The position numbers and the translations under genes are program-made. From a virus (lineage: Duplodnaviria > Caudoviricetes), in the IMG/VR virus record IMGVR_UViG_3300012665_000298, positions 1 to 32,413 of that record: DNA of 32,413 bases. One strand, 5' to 3'. The notes beneath the pieces were generated by a model. It saw only the letters and a program-made list of their open reading frames with translations, did no database searches and was not told the origin of the DNA. Positions 28,071 through 32,413 of this stretch are shown here, in pieces. How positions within the stretch are numbered: position 1 is the first letter of the stretch; every line of letters starts with the position of its first letter.

Positions 28071-28409
28071 CTATCGTGTTATTATGTTCTTGCATACAGC
28101 ACACCTTACCTCATCGTACTCGTAGCTTAAGATGTCCGGGTAGTCACACTGACACTCATAATCCTTTGGCGTGCCATCAGGCTTAAATCGAATGTCGTAT
28201 ATATTCTTCAGATTTGCGCAGTACTCAAACATCTCCTTGCTCTCAAAGTAATTAATTATCATCTTCATGTTACCTGAGTCTAGTGGCTCATCGGGTAGGT
28301 GAGCGAACATGGCAATTGGTGACTCAGTGATCGCATCGTAAGTAGCCTTACCGGTGATCAAGTTATGTGAGTTGATCATTGCTACGTGCAGTAATTGTTT
28401 TTGTCTCAT
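28071..28409 (-). CDS. Hypothetical protein with a UVR-like helical motif and a C-terminal CxC...CxxC putative Zn site
   Basis: YFESKEMFEYCANLK and CQC...CAVC; ATGA overlap with the upstream gene. Confidence 0.6.
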   Translation of the reverse strand: MRQKQLLHVAMINSHNLITGKATYDAITESPIAMFAHLPDEPLDSGNMKMIINYFESKEMFEYCANLKNIYDIRFKPDGTPKDYECQCDYPDILSYEYDEVRCAVCKNIITR

Positions 28410-28591
28410 TTTGTGCTTTGTTTGTAATCAATTATAAATCCTATTGCAACTATTATGTTCATTCCTACAGATGCTAAAATCTCAATGATGTCTTCGTATA
28501 CGCTTGTCATTAGGTGGATATGTCCTATAGACCAAAATGGTATAGCTAGGTTCTGACTGATCCAAACTATTAAGAACGTAACAAATCTCAT
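28406..28591 (-). CDS. Small membrane protein (two hydrophobic segments)
   Basis: 61 aa with FVTFLIVWISQNLAIPFW and IIEILASVGMNIIVAIGFII; ATGA overlaps at both ends. Confidence 0.65.
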   Translation of the reverse strand: MRFVTFLIVWISQNLAIPFWSIGHIHLMTSVYEDIIEILASVGMNIIVAIGFIIDYKQSTK

Positions 28592-28845
28592 TTTATTTCG
28601 TAGTTAACTTTGATGTCTTTCTTGAGGTCCTTCAGCTCTCGCTTCATAGACTCAAGCTCTTGCTTGATTCGCTCAATGTACAGGCTTAAGTCCATCGCTT
28701 CTTCCTGTGCATGAGTTAACCAATCAGTTAACTCTAGGTCATCACGCGTTAGCATCGTTCCATACTTATTAATCCCTGCCTGACTACGTTCGTAGTACTT
28801 TGCCATGACCTTCAATACGATTGGGTCTTCTACCTTCTTTTCCAT
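28588..28845 (-). CDS. Small all-alpha protein, possibly MazG-like/NTP-pyrophosphatase-related
   Basis: RSQAGINKYG...WLTHAQEEAMDLSLY, an EExxD helix motif common in phage proteins of this kind. Confidence 0.55.
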   Translation of the reverse strand: MEKKVEDPIVLKVMAKYYERSQAGINKYGTMLTRDDLELTDWLTHAQEEAMDLSLYIERIKQELESMKRELKDLKKDIKVNYEIK

Positions 28846-29078
28846 TAGTCTAAATTTAAGTTATACTCATCTAATAAATCACCAAGCTTTGATCTCCAAT
28901 ACTCAGCATTTCTAATCTGTTCTTCATTGGCTTCTACTTTTTCTATGAATCCGTACTTAGTTACACCCCTTAGTGCTTGGTCTAAGTTCCAAGCTAAAAG
29001 CTTCCACTTATATCCATCAAGTGCATCCTGTAAATCTTCCTTCTCTTCGAAGCCATCATATTCAATTGTTACTTTCAT
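28845..29078 (-). CDS. Hypothetical phage protein
   Basis: 77 aa, coupled to both neighbours (ATGA and TAATG overlaps). Confidence 0.65.
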   Translation of the reverse strand: MKVTIEYDGFEEKEDLQDALDGYKWKLLAWNLDQALRGVTKYGFIEKVEANEEQIRNAEYWRSKLGDLLDEYNLNLD

Positions 29079-29470
29079 TTGTCCAGTTTTTTCGTTAATA
29101 AACTATCTCTGTATGCTATCTCTTTCCTAATAAGGTCAAGGTGCCAATCTGCACCACCATACTCTAGTATCGCCCATAGGTAGTCGTCCTTTATATCGCA
29201 TATCGGAATGTATGTTAGTGGCTGTCTGCCATCTACTCCACGGCTCCCACGTACGGCATACTTACGTACAATCTCAAAGGGATCGTCTGCGTATATGTAC
29301 TTTGGTTCAATCATGGTCATGTCATTTGCACCATACCTCTCGTACTCATTACCCCCATCAACCATGGCGTGGTTAGGGCAACTACAGGTATTGTAGTCGT
29401 GCCGGCTGTAGCTTACTATTGTCTCGCCACACTCAAGGCACTTAATCGCGTTATATACTATCTGTCTCAT
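29075..29470 (-). CDS. Zn-binding hypothetical protein (CxxC...HD..CxC...VDGG)
   Basis: NAIKCLECGETIVSYSRHDYNTCSC...VDGGNEY, a widespread phage motif set, plus a RGSRG.DG.QPL C-terminal part. Confidence 0.7.
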   Translation of the reverse strand: MRQIVYNAIKCLECGETIVSYSRHDYNTCSCPNHAMVDGGNEYERYGANDMTMIEPKYIYADDPFEIVRKYAVRGSRGVDGRQPLTYIPICDIKDDYLWAILEYGGADWHLDLIRKEIAYRDSLLTKKLDK

Positions 29471-29479
29471 ATCTTATAC

Positions 29480-29704
29480 TTAATCGGTTATATTCCGTTT
29501 ATCTGCATGAATTTTTACAAATTTTTCATCATAGTAAAGATCACCATGCAACGAATCTTTACCGCAGTTTTTCTCTGCTGACTCGTATGCTTCCATTACA
29601 GCATCCTGAAACTTCTTATCAGCTTCTTTCAGTAGTGCATACCATGTAAACTTATCTTTAGGTGTATCCCATAGCTTATCAAATAACCATTGTGTTGCTG
29701 TCAT
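29480..29704 (-). CDS. Hypothetical protein (MTA..WL family of Bacteroidota phages)
   Basis: 74 aa, MTATQWL...EAYE...YYDEKF; ATGA overlap with the upstream gene. Confidence 0.65.
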   Translation of the reverse strand: MTATQWLFDKLWDTPKDKFTWYALLKEADKKFQDAVMEAYESAEKNCGKDSLHGDLYYDEKFVKIHADKRNITD

Positions 29705-29955
29705 ATCATATTGTTTTTAGTAAAGTACTCTGCCACCTGACCGATGTCATCGAACTTAATGTTATCAAATTTCTTATCCTCAAAGTTGTACTGGACAAGA
29801 CTTATATTCTTAACTGCACGCTCAAAGTTACATATCTTACAGACCCTGTTTCTTCCAAGGTCTGTCTTCAATGTGTAGTGTCGCTTGTTCTCGGTGAAGC
29901 TTTCCAATGAAAGCGTTCGCCTACAGCTGTAGCATTGTTTCTCTCTCACTATCAT
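29701..29955 (-). CDS. Small Zn-finger protein (CxxC...F...CKxC)
   Basis: CYSC...SF...CKIC, like the N-terminal Zn finger of phage HNH/EndoVII proteins but with no nuclease domain. Overlaps the primase 3' end by 35 nt. Confidence 0.6.
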   Translation of the reverse strand: MIVREKQCYSCRRTLSLESFTENKRHYTLKTDLGRNRVCKICNFERAVKNISLVQYNFEDKKFDNIKFDDIGQVAEYFTKNNMI

Positions 29956-32353
29956 TCTCTTCAGGTTTTCGATTAATAATTATCCATCTGCCCTTGTCCT
30001 CTCTACCCTCGGTAGGCATAACCCCGTGCTTGTAGATAGCGTATGATGACAGCCACTTGTAGAACTTCGTTCGACTGATTGTCATCTTAGCCTTCGGTCC
30101 ATAGTCCGGGTACTCGTTAATGAAGTCAAAGTATAGGTCGTTCTTGTAGTACTTTATGCTTGGGTACAGTCTCTGATCATCCTTACCCGAATCATCAATT
30201 AGTCCAACCCACTCGATGAAGTCATGACAGGTCTCAGCTGATAGCTGACGTATCTTAAGGTTAACAAACTTAGACTTAACTAGTCCGGTGTTAAGGTATC
30301 CTTGTAAGCAAGCTACCATGTAGTTGTCAAACTCACACCAATCCTCATCGTTCCAATCTGCAAAGAAGTGACGACCGAACTCATCTTGTGGCGTGAAGTT
30401 CATGTTGTAGTGCTGATGCAGTTCCAACTCCCACTTACGTCTAGCGAATGAGTTACCGGCACCCTTGATTGCGTAGTTCGTTGTGATGGCTACCTTGGGT
30501 GACTTGTTGAATGGTATCTTAATCGCATCCTTGTTCTTCTTCTCAAGCGTTAAACCCTCCGTGATGACAGAGAACAATCTCTCGAAGTCAAAGTATCGTT
30601 TAACGTCATCAAAGCATAGTATCTGAGTGTCTGCGCTTAGTAGTTGATATGGGAAAGACTTCTCAAATGCGAACGCCTTACCATCTATCACCACTAGCTT
30701 CTTCATCTGACTAAGTGCGTTCATGAATAGTCCCTTACCCGTACCACCCTCAGGGTTGTCACTGATGACCTCATCGTTTAGGATGACAGCCGGACAGAAC
30801 GATAGGTTCTTATACCCGTGCATAAGGAATCCAATGGTACTCTCCATGGTAGCAACTCTGTACTCATCGTTGTTGCATATGTTAGAGATGAACTGAACGT
30901 AGTCGCAGTTACCGGTGATGTCACAGATGTTGAAGCTCCTATCGATCACGTGTTCCTTCCAAACGTATCCACCTAAGTCCAAGTAGTCTATGGTCTTTAT
31001 CTCTCCCTTGGATATGTGAACAGCGCAGTTCCTGTAGTACAGGTATGCCGAGTCACTCGTGTCCTCGATGAAGTAGATGTCAATCGTTGCCAACATAGAC
31101 AAGAACTCCTCCTTAAAGAATCGAGTGTTGTCAGCGAAGTAGTTGTATACACTCATGTCATCAAGGTTCAGTAGGTAGTCCAGGATAAAGTCCTTTATCT
31201 CCTTCTCTGATGTGTGGTCTATCAGGTTGTTGGTTACCTTGACAAACACGTAGTTCTTACCACCCTCAGGGCAGTACTTGTAGAACCCATTGTCTTCCAA
31301 GAACTGCTTAAATAGGATGTGTACTACCTTGATGATTCCCTTGTCGTTCTTTGACCAAAACGTAGAATTAGCGTTCTCCTCCTCTACCTTGTTCAGAACT
31401 GAATCGATTGTCTCCGTATCCAAATGGGAATCTTGTAGCTGAATACGAATCTCTTTTTTTGATACACCACGTCTTAGCTTTGCCTTGATCTGATTGACTC
31501 TGTCCTCGTCCTCGTAGTACTTGGTACCGAAGTTAGCTGTGTTCTTGTAAGCTGAGTCAATCGTAGTTGCTATCTCGGATAGCGTGAAGTCTTGCGTAGC
31601 AAACTGATTAAGTACGTAGGATGCAAGGCTCTTGTTGATACCGAAGTCATTGAACGCCATCGCAAGGATGTACGCGTTATGGTTGCGCTGTCCTTCCACC
31701 ATCGGGTGCTTCTTCTCCCACCACTTGAGTAGTATCTCAACTACCTTGTTCTCATCGGTAATTGGAATCGTAGCTACGTCTCTGAACTTTGTTACCTCTT
31801 GGTACTCCGGCTCTTCGATTACGTCCCATATGGATGAGTTCTCGTTCACGAATATCAACGGGTCGTATGACTCGTAGCATACACGTGATAGGTTCTTTGA
31901 TGTCTTGTCAAAGTATGGTGAGTCAAAGTACTTCTCTAGGCTGTTGAAGTAGTTGGTGTGATTCTCCGGATCCTTTGGCACCTTGATCAGTACCTTTAGT
32001 CCGTTACCTGATGGTGAGATGAACACCGAGTACACGTACTTGTTCTTTGAGATTTGCTCCTTATCCTGTAGTAACTCTTTTTGTTTTTGGTATCCATCAA
32101 AGTCCAAACAGATGAGTCCGCTGTGCTCAACTAATGAGTTGTCTGTACGCTTCGTAAACGTACCACTGAAGCATACTGCCGGTAAAAGCTTTTTAAGGTC
32201 GTTACGAACGTCCTTACGCTTCTCTGTGCGTATCTTCTTAACCAAGTCCTTTGATGCCCCGTTCTTAACCCTATCGAGTATGTTCTCAACATCTCTATAG
32301 AATGGAGTGTCGGTCTCCTTAATGTTTTTGAATATTGTTATAGTAAATGTCAT
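29921..32353 (-). CDS. Primase-helicase: BT4734/VirE-N-like primase domain, PriCT-like domain and SF3-like P-loop helicase
   Basis: LPAVCFSG.F, HSGLICLDFD and FISPSGNGLK (primase); GQRNHNAY (PriCT-like); GGTGKG, FDD and TTNY (helicase motifs A, B, C). Confidence 0.85.
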   Translation of the reverse strand: MTFTITIFKNIKETDTPFYRDVENILDRVKNGASKDLVKKIRTEKRKDVRNDLKKLLPAVCFSGTFTKRTDNSLVEHSGLICLDFDGYQKQKELLQDKEQISKNKYVYSVFISPSGNGLKVLIKVPKDPENHTNYFNSLEKYFDSPYFDKTSKNLSRVCYESYDPLIFVNENSSIWDVIEEPEYQEVTKFRDVATIPITDENKVVEILLKWWEKKHPMVEGQRNHNAYILAMAFNDFGINKSLASYVLNQFATQDFTLSEIATTIDSAYKNTANFGTKYYEDEDRVNQIKAKLRRGVSKKEIRIQLQDSHLDTETIDSVLNKVEEENANSTFWSKNDKGIIKVVHILFKQFLEDNGFYKYCPEGGKNYVFVKVTNNLIDHTSEKEIKDFILDYLLNLDDMSVYNYFADNTRFFKEEFLSMLATIDIYFIEDTSDSAYLYYRNCAVHISKGEIKTIDYLDLGGYVWKEHVIDRSFNICDITGNCDYVQFISNICNNDEYRVATMESTIGFLMHGYKNLSFCPAVILNDEVISDNPEGGTGKGLFMNALSQMKKLVVIDGKAFAFEKSFPYQLLSADTQILCFDDVKRYFDFERLFSVITEGLTLEKKNKDAIKIPFNKSPKVAITTNYAIKGAGNSFARRKWELELHQHYNMNFTPQDEFGRHFFADWNDEDWCEFDNYMVACLQGYLNTGLVKSKFVNLKIRQLSAETCHDFIEWVGLIDDSGKDDQRLYPSIKYYKNDLYFDFINEYPDYGPKAKMTISRTKFYKWLSSYAIYKHGVMPTEGREDKGRWIIINRKPEENDSERETMLQL

Positions 32354-32407
32354 CTTAATGTCGATTTAATGTCGTTTTTGTTTTATCATTTCCCTTTAGA
32401 TAAAGGG
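32344..32407. repeat. Three T[AT]AATGTC repeats at 11-bp spacing plus an inverted repeat (candidate origin/operator)
   Basis: TAAATGTCA 32344, TTAATGTCG 32355, TTAATGTCG 32366; CCCTTTA-GA-TAAAGGG at 32392-32407. Confidence 0.5.
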
Positions 32408-32413
32408 TTATGT

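Noticed and set aside
28927-29910. Plus-strand ORFs opposite the small minus-strand genes
   Set aside because: They are antisense to a tightly coupled minus-strand operon and lack recognisable motifs.
1-32413. Stop-codon reassignment as seen in some crAss-like phages
   Set aside because: Long ORFs are intact and tightly packed under the standard code, and TAA, TAG and TGA all end genes.
1-32413. tRNA genes, CRISPR arrays, introns/inteins, integrase or IS elements
   Set aside because: Intergenic gaps are too short, and no cloverleaf, repeat-spacer array, intein or transposase motifs were seen by eye.

Overview
A segment of a tailed dsDNA phage genome, most likely a podovirus-type Bacteroidota (Flavobacteria-like) phage with crAss-like virion architecture. 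Host inference rests on TAnnTTTG promoter boxes, SD-less A-rich leaders and a BT4734/VirE-N type primase. The + strand (1-24458) is a late structural operon: putative scaffold, major capsid protein, two ring/tail-tube-like proteins, a muzzle/stabilisation protein that appears split around Cys-rich modules, and three putative ejected (cargo) proteins. The last cargo protein is a 3353-aa polyvalent protein with a zincin HEFGH motif and no recognisable RNA polymerase motif. The - strand (24481-32353) is a replication/early region: primase-helicase, SF2 helicase, VRR-NUC nuclease, a DnaA-domain-IV-like protein and many small translationally coupled ORFs. The two halves converge on a perfect hairpin. 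The most unusual signal is hidden coding inside the giant cargo gene: (i) tandem A10/A7 slippery runs leading into a -1 frame that ends in a protein-like hydrophobic peptide (FGIIFGRFFIGI), and (ii) a nested +1-frame small basic gene (MPFKSKQQ...). A similar slippery run lies at the primase/helicase domain boundary. All product calls come from motif reading and recall of families; no searches were run.
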